Below, piece after piece: positions 45,007 through 54,473 of a stretch of 64,000 nt of DNA (the first letter of the stretch is position 1; each line of letters starts with the position of its first letter). The position numbers and the translations under genes were made by a program. The notes beneath the pieces are model-generated. The model was not told where the DNA came from and ran no database searches. It saw nothing but the letters and a program-made list of their open reading frames with translations. The DNA comes from Polyangiaceae bacterium (GTDB taxonomy: Bacteria > Myxococcota_A > Polyangia > Polyangiales > Polyangiaceae): positions 75,484-139,483 of the forward strand of contig JBILLK010000028.1 in NCBI GenBank assembly GCA_044376115.1, read 5' to 3'.

Positions 45007-46941
45007 ATGCGGGGAGCGTTGGCGTTCGGGTTGGTGGTCGGGGCGGTGGGCTGTGGGGACGATGCTGGTACCGGGGGCGCGGGCCTTGGCGGCTCCGGGG
45101 GCCAGGCTGCTGTGTGTAGCGCCGATGCAGGTAGCGGTTCACTTGCGTTTGTCGACAACACAGTAGCCTGGAGTCTCGGCGCGATCACCGGCTCGCCGGG
45201 GAGTCAGGCGATCGTAGCGGCGGATATCAATGGTGATGGCTACCCCGACTTGGTGGTGCATGGCTTTGCCGATCGGATGCCGGTCGACCTCGAGGTTCCC
45301 TTCATCCGCGTGCTACTCAACGTGGAGGCGGCTGGTGGTGGGCGCACCTTCGTCGACTTCACCGCTGAGAGTGGCTATCCCGGCGCCGCCGACGACAGCT
45401 CCGCGGAGTTTCGCGCGGCCCATTTCGCTGCGTTCGGCGATCTCGACGCAGATGGCGACCTCGATGCGGTGAGCGCGACCTACAACTCGCCCAGCGCGCC
45501 TCTCGACGCGCCCAGCTACGCGATCGATCGTACGCGCGTACTGCTCAACGATGGGCAGGGTCGATTTAGTTATGCGGCAGCTTCGGATATCTCGCCGGAG
45601 GCTGCGGCTGCGGTTGCTTCGGTTTCTCTCGCCGATCTCGATCTTGATGGTCGGCTCGATGTGTTCGAGTCGGTTTGGTACACGCGCAGTGGGAGTGGCT
45701 CGAGGCAGCCGGTCTTGTTCGGCAATGGCGACGGAACATTCGTTGATCGGACCAACGCGTACGGCGTGGATGGCGTTGCCTTTCGTCGCCCGGGCTTCGG
45801 TACCGCCGCATGTGATCTCGATGGCAACGGCTATCCGGAGCTATTGACGCAATCGTACGGGCGCCAGCCGAACATGCTTTGGAAGCTCGAGTCCGAGGGC
45901 TTCGTCGATCTCGGGGCCAGCTCGAATTATGCGTATGACGACAATCAGTCGTACGAGGACGATCAGGTCTTTCGTTGTTGGTGCCAGAGCAACGCTGATG
46001 ATGCGCGTTGTGAGGGTGTACCCGGTCCGTCGATCAGCTGTGGAGCGGGCCTTCCAAGTTGGGTCTGGGGCGTCTCTGACCAGCCGGAGAACCTCGGCGG
46101 CAATACCTTCTCAACGGTCTGTGGCGATGTCGACGGGGACGGGCGGCTCGACCTCTTCACCGGGGAGATCACTCACTGGTGGGCGGGCCAGAGTTCCGAC
46201 GCGACGAACCTACTGCTGAGAGCCCCAAGTGACGTGCTCAGCTTCGATCGGCAGGACCGTGCGCAGCTCGGACTCGAGTGGGTTCACACAAGCAGCTCCT
46301 GGGACGAGGGCGGCCTCTACACCAACATGGCCGACTTCGATAACGATGGGCGTTTGGATCTGGTGGTGGGCGCCTCGGATTACGTCGATCAGTATTTGAT
46401 GCTGTTCCATCAGCGAGCTGACGGCAGCTTCGAGGAAGTCGCCACCGCTGCCGGAATCGATCACCCGTGCGCCTCATCACCCGTTGTGGCCGACTTCGAC
46501 CGCGACGGAGACCTTGATCTCGTGGTGGGAGGAAGTTTGGCTCGAGAGTTCTGCAACCAGGCGTGGGGCGGAACCGCAACCGTGCCGGGCGAGCCGGAGG
46601 TGCGCCTTTATGAGAACCGCAGCAGTGAAGGCGCGCGCGGGTTTGGGGTTCGGCTTCGTGGGGACGGCGTGACGAGCAATCGCGATGGCATCGGCGCGCA
46701 AGTCACGGTGGTAGCTGGTGGACGCGCCCAGATGCGGGAGCTCAACGCGGGGCATGGCCATTTCTCGATGCAAGACGACACCGTCCTATTCTTCGGCGTC
46801 GGCAACTGCGAAACGGTCGAGTCGATTGAGGTGCGCTGGCCAACCTCGACGCTCGAGATGCAACGCTTCGAGAACGTTCCGATCGGCGTGTTGGTGGAGA
46901 TCGTGCAGGGCGAGCAGAGCGTTGTAGCGATCGCGCCGTAA
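45007..46941 (+). CDS. FG-GAP/VCBS repeat lipoprotein with ASPIC/UnbV domain (CRTAC1-like)
   Basis: Lipobox AVGC. Seven D.(N/D).DG..(D/E)L-type repeats. NRDGIGA.V.V and FFGVG...EVRWP. Confidence 0.92.
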   Translation: MRGALAFGLVVGAVGCGDDAGTGGAGLGGSGGQAAVCSADAGSGSLAFVDNTVAWSLGAITGSPGSQAIVAADINGDGYPDLVVHGFADRMPVDLEVPFIRVLLNVEAAGGGRTFVDFTAESGYPGAADDSSAEFRAAHFAAFGDLDADGDLDAVSATYNSPSAPLDAPSYAIDRTRVLLNDGQGRFSYAAASDISPEAAAAVASVSLADLDLDGRLDVFESVWYTRSGSGSRQPVLFGNGDGTFVDRTNAYGVDGVAFRRPGFGTAACDLDGNGYPELLTQSYGRQPNMLWKLESEGFVDLGASSNYAYDDNQSYEDDQVFRCWCQSNADDARCEGVPGPSISCGAGLPSWVWGVSDQPENLGGNTFSTVCGDVDGDGRLDLFTGEITHWWAGQSSDATNLLLRAPSDVLSFDRQDRAQLGLEWVHTSSSWDEGGLYTNMADFDNDGRLDLVVGASDYVDQYLMLFHQRADGSFEEVATAAGIDHPCASSPVVADFDRDGDLDLVVGGSLAREFCNQAWGGTATVPGEPEVRLYENRSSEGARGFGVRLRGDGVTSNRDGIGAQVTVVAGGRAQMRELNAGHGHFSMQDDTVLFFGVGNCETVESIEVRWPTSTLEMQRFENVPIGVLVEIVQGEQSVVAIAP

Positions 46942-46947
46942 TCGCCA

Positions 46948-47640
46948 CTACTCGGTCGGTGGATCGGTGTTGCGTGCGGTCTCCAGCTTGGCCTTCGGCG
47001 TAACCGGGTCCACTTCGCGAGAGCCACCGTCGATCGCGTCAACGATGTACACGATCGGGCTAGCGAGGAAGGCCGTGTCCACTTGCAGCGCCAGGACGAA
47101 GGAGCTCTGGCGTCGATCGTCCAAGCCCACGCGCGCTTGTGCGACGAGTCCGAAGGACATGACGTAGCCATCGCTGTCGTAGCTGCGGCTTCCGAAGAAT
47201 AGCGTGCTGGCTATGCCAGCCTGGGCGTCGAAGTCGTCGTCCGCAACTCGAACGTACGGGCCTACCGAGAGCACCATCGGAAAGGTGTCGAGCACCGGCA
47301 GCAGCAGCGAGACGCCGCCACCGAGCGCAACGTCGTCGAAGGCCTGCGAAAGCGCCTCGAGATACGGCCCGACACCGAAGTCGCGTGTACCAGTACGGCC
47401 GAATAGAACGTCGCCATGGAACCCGACGTGGAAAGCGGGCTCTTCAAATACCTGGGCGTGCTGCCCGCGCGCCGCGACGCCTGCGACCAAGCCAACACTC
47501 GCCTGCGGCTCGGCCTGAGCGAAGGCTGGCCAAAGCAAGCTTACTGCCAGACTCAGGATCGCCCCCACGGGGCATCCCAGCTGGGAACAGGCCCTGGGCG
47601 GGGGCCGTTCCTCGATTTTCCGCTGCTGGGCAAGAGTCAT
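46948..47640 (-). CDS. Hypothetical exported protein, possibly an outer-membrane beta-barrel
   Basis: Signal-like AILSLAVSLLWPAFAQA followed by alternating Gly/hydrophobic beta-strands. Start uncertain. Confidence 0.65.
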   Translation of the reverse strand: MTLAQQRKIEERPPPRACSQLGCPVGAILSLAVSLLWPAFAQAEPQASVGLVAGVAARGQHAQVFEEPAFHVGFHGDVLFGRTGTRDFGVGPYLEALSQAFDDVALGGGVSLLLPVLDTFPMVLSVGPYVRVADDDFDAQAGIASTLFFGSRSYDSDGYVMSFGLVAQARVGLDDRRQSSFVLALQVDTAFLASPIVYIVDAIDGGSREVDPVTPKAKLETARNTDPPTE

Positions 47641-47698
47641 TCGGTTCACTGCATCCACCGTCGATGGAGATGACGCGCCTCGTGGTAGCATGCCCGAG

Positions 47699-48007
47699 AT
47701 GGCAGCACGCCCTGTTGAGCTACGCGTTGGGGGACAGTCCTATCGTGTCGTCTCATCTGCGAGTGCCGAGGATCTAGAGCGCCTCGCCACGGTGGTGGAC
47801 GAGAAGCTTACCTCGCTGGTTCCCCCTGGAAAGCCCCTCAGTCCTCAGAGCCTGCTGTTGGTCGCCATGGCGCTCGCACACGACGTCGAAGTAGAGCGCG
47901 CAAAGGCCGAACGGGTACGTTCTCATTCACGGTCTGCCTTGCGCACGATGCTAGGCGAGGTGGAGGAGACCTTGGCGCTTGCCGATCAGGCCCTTCCACG
48001 GACCTAA
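47699..48007 (+). CDS. zapA: Cell division protein ZapA
   Basis: VELRVGGQSYRV, L.RLA..VD.K and LL.AM.LA followed by a coiled coil. ATG at 47699. Confidence 0.88.
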   Translation: MAARPVELRVGGQSYRVVSSASAEDLERLATVVDEKLTSLVPPGKPLSPQSLLLVAMALAHDVEVERAKAERVRSHSRSALRTMLGEVEETLALADQALPRT

Positions 48008-48009
48008 CG

Positions 48010-49119
48010 TTGAGCGGGATGAAGTTCCTGACGGAGGAGCTCGAGTCGCTACGAGCTCAGAATCTGCTTCGGGAGACGGCTGCTACACCACCGGCCGGTT
48101 TGGTGCTTTGCTCGAATGACTACCTTGGGTTAGCCGAAGTCCCAGCCACTCGAGCCGCGGGGCTACCCGGCGGTTCTGGGGCCGCAGCCTTGGTAACCGG
48201 CTATCACGAGGCTCATCGGGTCGCCGAAGCTGCGTTGGCGGAGTGGGTCGGGCTACCAGCATCGCTGCTGTTCAGCTCGGGCTACTGCGCCAACGTTGGG
48301 GTCGTCAGCGCGTTGGCCGGCCCGCCCGACCTCGTGCTTTCGGATCGCCTCAACCACGCCTCGATCATTGACGGCTGTCGCCTTTCGCGCGCGACAGTGC
48401 AGGTGTTCGAACATTGCTCGCTGGACGACGCCACCCGTCAGCTCGAACAACAGCGCTCAAAGTTTCGCCGTGCGTTCGTTGTCACTGAAAGCTACTTCGG
48501 CATGGATGCAACCACCGCCGATCTTCGGTCGCTTCGGGCGTTGTGCGATCGTTACGACGCCGCTTTGATCGTCGATGAGGCTCATTCGCTCGGCGTGTTT
48601 GGCTCAGAGGGCGGGGGGCTTTGTCGGTCGGTGGGAGTCGTTCCCGACGTTCTGATTGGTACGCTGGGCAAGGCAGTAGGCCTTCATGGTGCGTTCGCGG
48701 CTGGGCGCAAAGAGCTCCGGACCTTTCTGTGGAATCGCGCACGCAGCTTTGTGTTTTCGACCGCAACCAGTCCGGCCTCGGCGGCTGAGATTCCTGAGCG
48801 GGTCCAGCTTGTGCGGGCGGCGGACGACCGGCGCAGGGATCTGCTGGATTGGTCAGCCGAGATCCGCACTGTGCTGGCTAGCGGCGGACAAGAGGTTTTT
48901 GGAGACGGGCCGATCATTCCCTGGATCTTGGGCGAGGCCACGTCAGCCCTCGCTGTTCAGCGGCGACTCCTTGAGCAGGGTGTCGTTGGGCTCGCCATCC
49001 GACCTCCGACGGTCCCGCTTGGGCAGGCCCGGGTTCGGCTTGCAGCTCGTGCAGGGCTCACTCACGAGCAACGTCGGCTCGCCCGTCAGGCGTTGACGAT
49101 CGTCGCGCAGACCGGTTGA
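48010..49119 (+). CDS. bioF: 8-amino-7-oxononanoate synthase
   Basis: CSNDYLGL, FSSGYCAN, SD.LNHASIIDG, VDEAH, GTLGKA (PLP Lys) and AIRPPTVP. Confidence 0.92.
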   Translation: MSGMKFLTEELESLRAQNLLRETAATPPAGLVLCSNDYLGLAEVPATRAAGLPGGSGAAALVTGYHEAHRVAEAALAEWVGLPASLLFSSGYCANVGVVSALAGPPDLVLSDRLNHASIIDGCRLSRATVQVFEHCSLDDATRQLEQQRSKFRRAFVVTESYFGMDATTADLRSLRALCDRYDAALIVDEAHSLGVFGSEGGGLCRSVGVVPDVLIGTLGKAVGLHGAFAAGRKELRTFLWNRARSFVFSTATSPASAAEIPERVQLVRAADDRRRDLLDWSAEIRTVLASGGQEVFGDGPIIPWILGEATSALAVQRRLLEQGVVGLAIRPPTVPLGQARVRLAARAGLTHEQRRLARQALTIVAQTG

Positions 49120-49194
49120 CGGCGCTACAGCACCCGCAACGGTTATCGGCTCGTCGTGCCTGTGAGGCTGCACGTCGGTGCCGGTGTACAACTG

Positions 49195-49221
49195 ACGCTG
49201 GTTCGATGACCAGCGTTATTT
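49195..49221 (+). terminator. Probable intrinsic terminator downstream of bioF
   Basis: ACGCTGGT-tcgatg-ACCAGCGT perfect 8-bp stem followed by TATTT. Confidence 0.5.
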
Positions 49222-49399
49222 GCGCTTTGGCTGTTGTCGTTTTGAGGCCGACGATGTCGTGGCCACGTTACGGCTGCGGCTTTCCACGTGGCTCGCGCGT
49301 TGGTTCACGTGGTGGGAGGGAGGGTTTTGAGGTGCTGCGGGAGACGGCACGCGAAAAGGCTGGGCCTCGGTACTCGCGCGGGCGCGATCCGGCGGTGTT

Positions 49400-49895
49400 G
49401 CCGTTCCCGAGCCCTCCCAAAATCACTGCCAGGGTCTCAATAATTGACGCGACCGACCCGGCTCCGGCCTGAGGGCCCGCCCCGCTGCCTCGATCCTGCG
49501 TTCCAAAATCACTGCCAGGGTCTTAACAATCCGGCTCCGGCCCTCAGGGCCACTCCCACTGCCTCGATCGGGCGTTGGCCCCGTTCCCAAGCCCTCCCAA
49601 AATCACTGCCAGGGTCTTAACAATCACCCCGGACATCCGGCTCTAGCCCTCAGGGCCACTCCCACTGCCTCGATCGGGCGTTGGCCCCGTTCCCAAGCCC
49701 TCCCAAAATCACTGCCCGGGCCTTAACAATTGAGCGGCTGACCCGGCCCCGGCCCTCGAGGCCCCGCCCGCTGCGTCGGTCGGGCGTTGGCCTCGTTCCC
49801 CTGTCCCCGAGATCGTAGCCAAGGGTCTTAACAATTGAGCCTCGAGGGCTGGGGCCGCCCCGCCCGCTGCGTCGATCGGGCGTTGGCCTCGTTCA
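49400..49895. repeat. Non-coding tandem array of five ~86-106 bp imperfect units
   Basis: Core CCAAAATCACTGCCAGGGTCTTAACAAT at 49417, 49503, 49597, 49703 and, degenerate, at 49807. A second block, CTGC(C/G)TCG(A/G)TCGGGCGTTGGCC, also recurs. Confidence 0.92.
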
Positions 49896-49912
49896 GTCCG
49901 GCTTGGGCTAAC

Positions 49913-49928
49913 TGTTTCACGTGAAACT
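49913..49928. promoter_or_regulatory. parS: parS centromere site
   Basis: TGTTTCACGTGAAACT, 15/16 match to TGTTTCACGTGAAACA. Confidence 0.9.
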
Positions 49929-50840
49929 GATCGTTGGTCTTCTCCTGGCAGCTCGCCTCATCGCCCGACACTTTTCTACGTCGCGGTCGAACCGGATGCA
50001 TCGCGAGCGCGGCAACTCTAGAACGCGCGTAGCCACAACCGTGACCCTATTAGCCCGGTTCGCGACTCAGCACCGACTTCGCTCACCCCAGGACGCAACG
50101 CCAACCACGAGCCGCCGCCCCGGACCTAGCCATCAATCAACCGCACAACCATGATGTCGACACCGCGTCCCGTTGACACGTTCAACGGATTCTCACGGGA
50201 GGTCGATCTGACACGGGGCCGGGGACTCCTCGGAACGAAGCGCGTAACCGTTTTTAGCTGGAGGCGGTTCGGAGCCTCTTCGCGGTAGAGCGACAACGGC
50301 ACCACCTCGAAACTAGTGAGCTAGAACCGTTCGACAACCGGGCAAGGCGATAGCTTTGTTGGCCCGTAAGGCACACCCCGCGTCGGAATCCCATCCGTGG
50401 CCCACCCCACTGCGCAAAGGTGCGCTCGACCAACTAACCCTATTGCTGGTCGAACGGTGTGCGCGCCAATCCCAGGGCACCAGCATTCCGCGCTCAAACC
50501 AGCTTGAACGTATTCACAAGAATCTCGCTGAAGCTTGCCTGTACGTCGCTCTATCAGTCGTCGTGCTTCCACCAATACGAAGCTGCTGAACCGTTCTGCT
50601 CAAGCCCAAGCCACGACATGAGCGGTCTGCTGAATCGCCAGCCTCCGGCAACCAACGGTATCCGATTATCACCCAAGGTGGATGCAGTTGGCAGAATGAC
50701 TCGAAGTCCCTGCGCGGGAGCCGGTCTGAGGTCCCAAAGGCCATCGACTTGGACGAGATATCAGATCGAATGTCGACGCAATGACGCGAGCTCGAGTGGA
50801 AGACTCCGCGGAGGTCTCCGGAGCGCCGAAGGCACGAACT

Positions 50841-51005
50841 AATGACTCGAGCCTTCTTCCGAAGAACCGGTCGATGGCCCCTTTGAAACTTCTAGTTTGG
50901 CACGAGTGATTCCGCTGAAGGCGGATGCAGTGGACAGAATGACTCAGGCCTTCTTCCGAAGAACCGGCCGATGGCCCTTTGAAACTTCTAGTTTGGCACG
51001 AGTGA
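50841..51005. repeat. Direct repeat of ~68 bp (two copies) with internal small palindromes
   Basis: AATGACTC..GCCTTCTTCCGAAGAACCGG.CGATGGCCC(C)TTTGAAACTTCTAGTTTGGCACGAGTGA at 50841-50909 and 50938-51005. A related partial copy lies at 50680-50702. Confidence 0.9.
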
Positions 51006-51161
51006 ATACTCTGCCTCGGTACTACTCTCGTTCGGGATACGTGCGACCGAAACGGTCGGATTCTTGTTGCCCCCATACGACTTCTAGCTGCCGCGAATTG
51101 CACCACCGCTCCGACGCCCTCCTAACGAAAACCCCGTACGACTTGCCTTCCACAGTGACGC

Positions 51162-51177
51162 TGTTTCACGTGCAACA
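51162..51177. promoter_or_regulatory. parS: parS centromere site
   Basis: TGTTTCACGTGCAACA, 15/16 match to consensus. Confidence 0.85.
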
Positions 51178-51468
51178 GCCCCGTATAGTTCCCAGCCACC
51201 CCCCGTCCAACAACGTCCACGACGTGCCGTGAGTGGTTTAACGAGCTGCAGCCGGCGGCTCGGTCCAATGAGTACCGGCCCGTGGCCCACCCCATCGCCT
51301 TATCCTCACCGTCGACTACCTATCGGCGCCGACCTCGCTAACCACGACCCGTTGCTCCCGTTCGACGTTCTCCAGAGCGCCAAGAACCCAGGCTCAAGCT
51401 AAGTCCGGAGACCAAACTGCGCCCACACCGACGCCAATACGCCAGTCCCGACAGTGACGGCCAAGCTG

Positions 51469-51513
51469 GCGGGCTAGTCCAGTCGCTGACCAGCGGGCTA
51501 GTCCAGTCGCTGA
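51469..51513. repeat. Perfect 21-bp tandem duplication (period 24)
   Basis: GCGGGCTAGTCCAGTCGCTGA at 51469-51489 and 51493-51513. Confidence 0.9.
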
Positions 51514-52035
51514 GCATAGGGATTGACCCTCGCGCCGCGAATCCTCTTCGGCCCGGGCGTTCCTGCGTTAAACGTTCGGTTCCGAAAGCGCGGTTTGACT
51601 TAGATGTCGACGGTCGATGCTGCCGTTCACCTCCAACCGGTAAGTCGCGGGCGGCTTAGGGCAAGCCGAAGGCACCTGGCGATGGTATGCCGGGTCGAGC
51701 GGTCGACGCCCGCAGCGTCGAAGCTCGGTGCCCTTGGTACGGCAACCAACGATGCACTGACCGCCCACTAGTGAGATGGCAAACCACTCGGTTCCCTCTA
51801 CGCCGCTATTGCGCCCAGCCGGTGCAGCCTCCCGATTGTGGCCACTGCCACCTAGCATGTCTCCAGTTGCAGTGTCGCTGCCAGAAACCGATGCGCGGGA
51901 CTCGCGAAGCTAAGTCCAACACCCCCGCGACGGCCAGACCACGGCGGGGCCCGAAAGCGGCCAACCAACCTAGGCTCTGCCTGCAGAAAATACCTACTCC
52001 ACGTGCGAACTGGGCCAGGTCCGAAACCTCGACAC

Positions 52036-52051
52036 TGTTTCACGTGAAACC
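52036..52051. promoter_or_regulatory. parS: parS centromere site
   Basis: TGTTTCACGTGAAACC, 15/16 match to consensus. Confidence 0.9.
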
Positions 52052-52092
52052 GCCCTCGGGACCCTAAACGACACCACCAGCGCCGAGATGAA

Positions 52093-52740
52093 TCAGCGAA
52101 CCTGCCGAAGGGTGCCTCGATCCATCTCCCAGGTCGTCGGATTCAACGCCTCAAACCGGGCCGGATCATGGGCGACGACCACCACTACGGCATCGGCAAT
52201 TACCCCGCGCACCGCGCCCAACAAAAGCTCAAGTCCGGCCGAATCCAAACCTGTCGTCGGCTCATCCAAAAGCACCAAACTCGGCCGGTGCATCAACGCT
52301 CTGGCGAGCGCGACTCGTTGCTTCTGACCCCTCGAATTGGTCCTTAAAGGTCGCTCCGCAAACGCCCGAAGCTGAAACCGCTCGCGTAACTCCACCCAAG
52401 CCGCCTCTGGATCCAGCCCATAGAACTCCGCTGCCAAGCGAAGGTTCTGCTGCCCACTGAGGTCCGGGTAAACCAACGCTTCGTGCGACAGCCAACCGAT
52501 CTCGGCCCGCACCTCCGAATCATCGGCCTCGAACGGCTCAAACCTAACCTGCCCCGAGGTGGCCTTGACAGTAGTTCCGAGTACCCCGAGCAACGTGCTC
52601 TTACCCGACCCATTGGCCCCAACGACGACGGAAAGCTGGCCGGACTCAAACACCGCCGACGCTTCACGGAGCGCAACCGTCGCGCCAAACCGCTTGGTCA
52701 CTCGCTCTAAAACCACCCGCGTTACACGCCGCTCGGTCAT
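52093..52740 (-). CDS. ABC ATP-binding protein, CcmA (heme exporter)-like
   Basis: GANGSGKSTLL, IGWLSH...YPDLS..QNL, signature SRGQKQR and LLDEP.TGLD. About 215 aa, no permease alongside. ATGA overlap with the kinase stop. Confidence 0.8.
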   Translation of the reverse strand: MTERRVTRVVLERVTKRFGATVALREASAVFESGQLSVVVGANGSGKSTLLGVLGTTVKATSGQVRFEPFEADDSEVRAEIGWLSHEALVYPDLSGQQNLRLAAEFYGLDPEAAWVELRERFQLRAFAERPLRTNSRGQKQRVALARALMHRPSLVLLDEPTTGLDSAGLELLLGAVRGVIADAVVVVVAHDPARFEALNPTTWEMDRGTLRQVR

Positions 52741-54473
52741 CGCGACCGTCGCTCCCATTCCTCAATCAGGAACGGAGCATCCACCACCGTCAGGTCGTTC
52801 TCTTCCACCGTAGGTGTGTCGTCACCGACCGACCCAGCGTCTATCAACTGCGTCGGTTCCTCGTCCGAGGCCGAAGCCGAAAACGTTGAATCGGCAGTCT
52901 CAAACGCCATCATCGATTGCGGGAGCGGAGGCGGAGGCGGCTCCGTCCTCCGCCTCGCCGTCACGCCCCCCGCCAACCGGCTGGGAACCCTGGGAACCGT
53001 AGACGGCGCAACCAAACTCCCTCGCGCCGGATCAACAACCGCCTCCGCAGGCCGACCCACAGCGCGCTCAACTACCTTGCCACCCTCTGCACCTTCGGTC
53101 GACTTGAGCCGCTCCGTCCCACGTCCCGGACGCCCTTCGCGGAGATCGGGACGAGGCACCTCCGACTCCACCGCTCGCGGCTGAACCGTTCTCCGTGACG
53201 CAGGCGAAGGCGTCGGCGGGTGCGCCACCGCTTCCACCCCGACAACGACCTGAACTGGCTTGACGTCATGCGGAACCGCCTGCCGAGCCCGCGTTTGCCG
53301 ATCGCCATCGTCCGTCTGCACCATCCGCTCAGTAGCCCGAGGCGCCGCTATTGGAGCCCTGCGGGAACCGACGGACTCTCCGGACCCTCGCTCACTTGCT
53401 CGCGAAACGACTCGCTGCGCCTGCCTGAACGGTACCAACGCTTTCGCAAACTCTCGTGCCGTGGCGAACCGCTCGTCGCGTTTCTTCGCTAGAGCTCGAT
53501 GGATCGCATTGCTCAACCCAACTGGTATCCGCGGATTCACGACAGCCGCAGGCTCGGGATTCCCCGTAAGTATCTGAACGAGCAGGGCGTTGTAATTCTT
53601 CGCGATGAACGGCCTGGTTCCCGTGAGCGCCTCATAGAGCAACACACCAAGCCCCCATACATCAACACGACCATCTAGCTGGCGCTCACCCATCGCCTGC
53701 TCGGGTGCCATATAATAAGGTGTACCCATCACCATGCCTGTCCGAGTGAGATGATGTGGTTGATCATCCCCAATGGTGGCCTTCGATATGCCAAAATCCA
53801 GCACCTTCGCGAGCACCCCTCCCTCGGCCCCAAGGAAGATATTGTCTGGCTTCATGTCACGGTGAATGACACCGATGGCATGCGCCGCATCCAACGCGGC
53901 AAGCGCCTGCAGCGCGACCTCAACCCCCAGCTCCACCGCGATGCGCCCCTCGCGCTCCAGCCGATTGGCCAACGTTTCGCCACTAAGCCTCTCCATCACC
54001 AGGTAGGGCTGACCACCGGAGACAACCTCGCCAAACTCGAGCACGTTGCAGATATTGGGATGCGTGATTCGGGACACTACGGTCGCCTCGTGCCGCATCC
54101 GAGCAACCGAGTCCTTCTTCTCCGCGTGCTCGGGTTTGAGCACCTTCAGCGCGACTCGAACCCCCGTGCGCTCCGAAAGCGCCTCGTAGACCGTTCCCAT
54201 CCCGCCTTGCCCCAACACCCCAAGCAAACGAAAACGCCCACGCAGCGCTTGCTTGAGGTCATCCTCCGATGATGACTGCGGGCTTACCTTCTTCGCTATG
54301 GGTGCGGGTCGCGTTTGACGCGCGATCGCACGACGCTCTGCAGGCCGCTCACGCTCTGCGGGTCGCTCACGCTCTGCGGACCGATCGCGCTCCGCACCAA
54401 TTGCAAGGCCTGTCGTCGGGCATACCGCCCTCGACGCCACATGCAACAGCCCGCAGTGGGGACACCGAATCAT
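52737..54473 (-). CDS. Cytoplasmic Ser/Thr protein kinase with N-terminal Cys/His zinc-ribbon-like motif and disordered C-tail
   Basis: CPHC...H......C at the N-terminus. GQGGMGTV, VALK, HRDMKPDN, DFG and GTPYYMAPE. No TM segment. Confidence 0.92.
   Translation of the reverse strand: MIRCPHCGLLHVASRAVCPTTGLAIGAERDRSAERERPAERERPAERRAIARQTRPAPIAKKVSPQSSSEDDLKQALRGRFRLLGVLGQGGMGTVYEALSERTGVRVALKVLKPEHAEKKDSVARMRHEATVVSRITHPNICNVLEFGEVVSGGQPYLVMERLSGETLANRLEREGRIAVELGVEVALQALAALDAAHAIGVIHRDMKPDNIFLGAEGGVLAKVLDFGISKATIGDDQPHHLTRTGMVMGTPYYMAPEQAMGERQLDGRVDVWGLGVLLYEALTGTRPFIAKNYNALLVQILTGNPEPAAVVNPRIPVGLSNAIHRALAKKRDERFATAREFAKALVPFRQAQRVVSRASERGSGESVGSRRAPIAAPRATERMVQTDDGDRQTRARQAVPHDVKPVQVVVGVEAVAHPPTPSPASRRTVQPRAVESEVPRPDLREGRPGRGTERLKSTEGAEGGKVVERAVGRPAEAVVDPARGSLVAPSTVPRVPSRLAGGVTARRRTEPPPPPLPQSMMAFETADSTFSASASDEEPTQLIDAGSVGDDTPTVEENDLTVVDAPFLIEEWERRSR

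Noticed and set aside
48008..49400. 6S RNA (ssrS), often found after zapA, or bioD after bioF
   Set aside because: zapA is followed directly by bioF. I could not fold a convincing 6S-like rod or find a BioD ORF after bioF. An Rfam search would be needed.
49400..49895. CRISPR array interpretation of the ~28-bp repeated core
   Set aside because: The intervening sequences are homologous to each other rather than unique spacers, their lengths vary from about 58 to 78 bp, and no cas genes occur in the window.
50897..51010. TTGGCACG in the 68-bp repeat as sigma54 promoters
   Set aside because: The -24 element matches, but neither copy has GC at the -12 position.
49116..52330. Short ORFs called in the parS block (for example 49116-49472, 50459-50842, 50669-51106, 51687-52067)
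   Set aside because: No recognisable motifs, atypical composition, and they run through repeats and parS sites. Treated as spurious.
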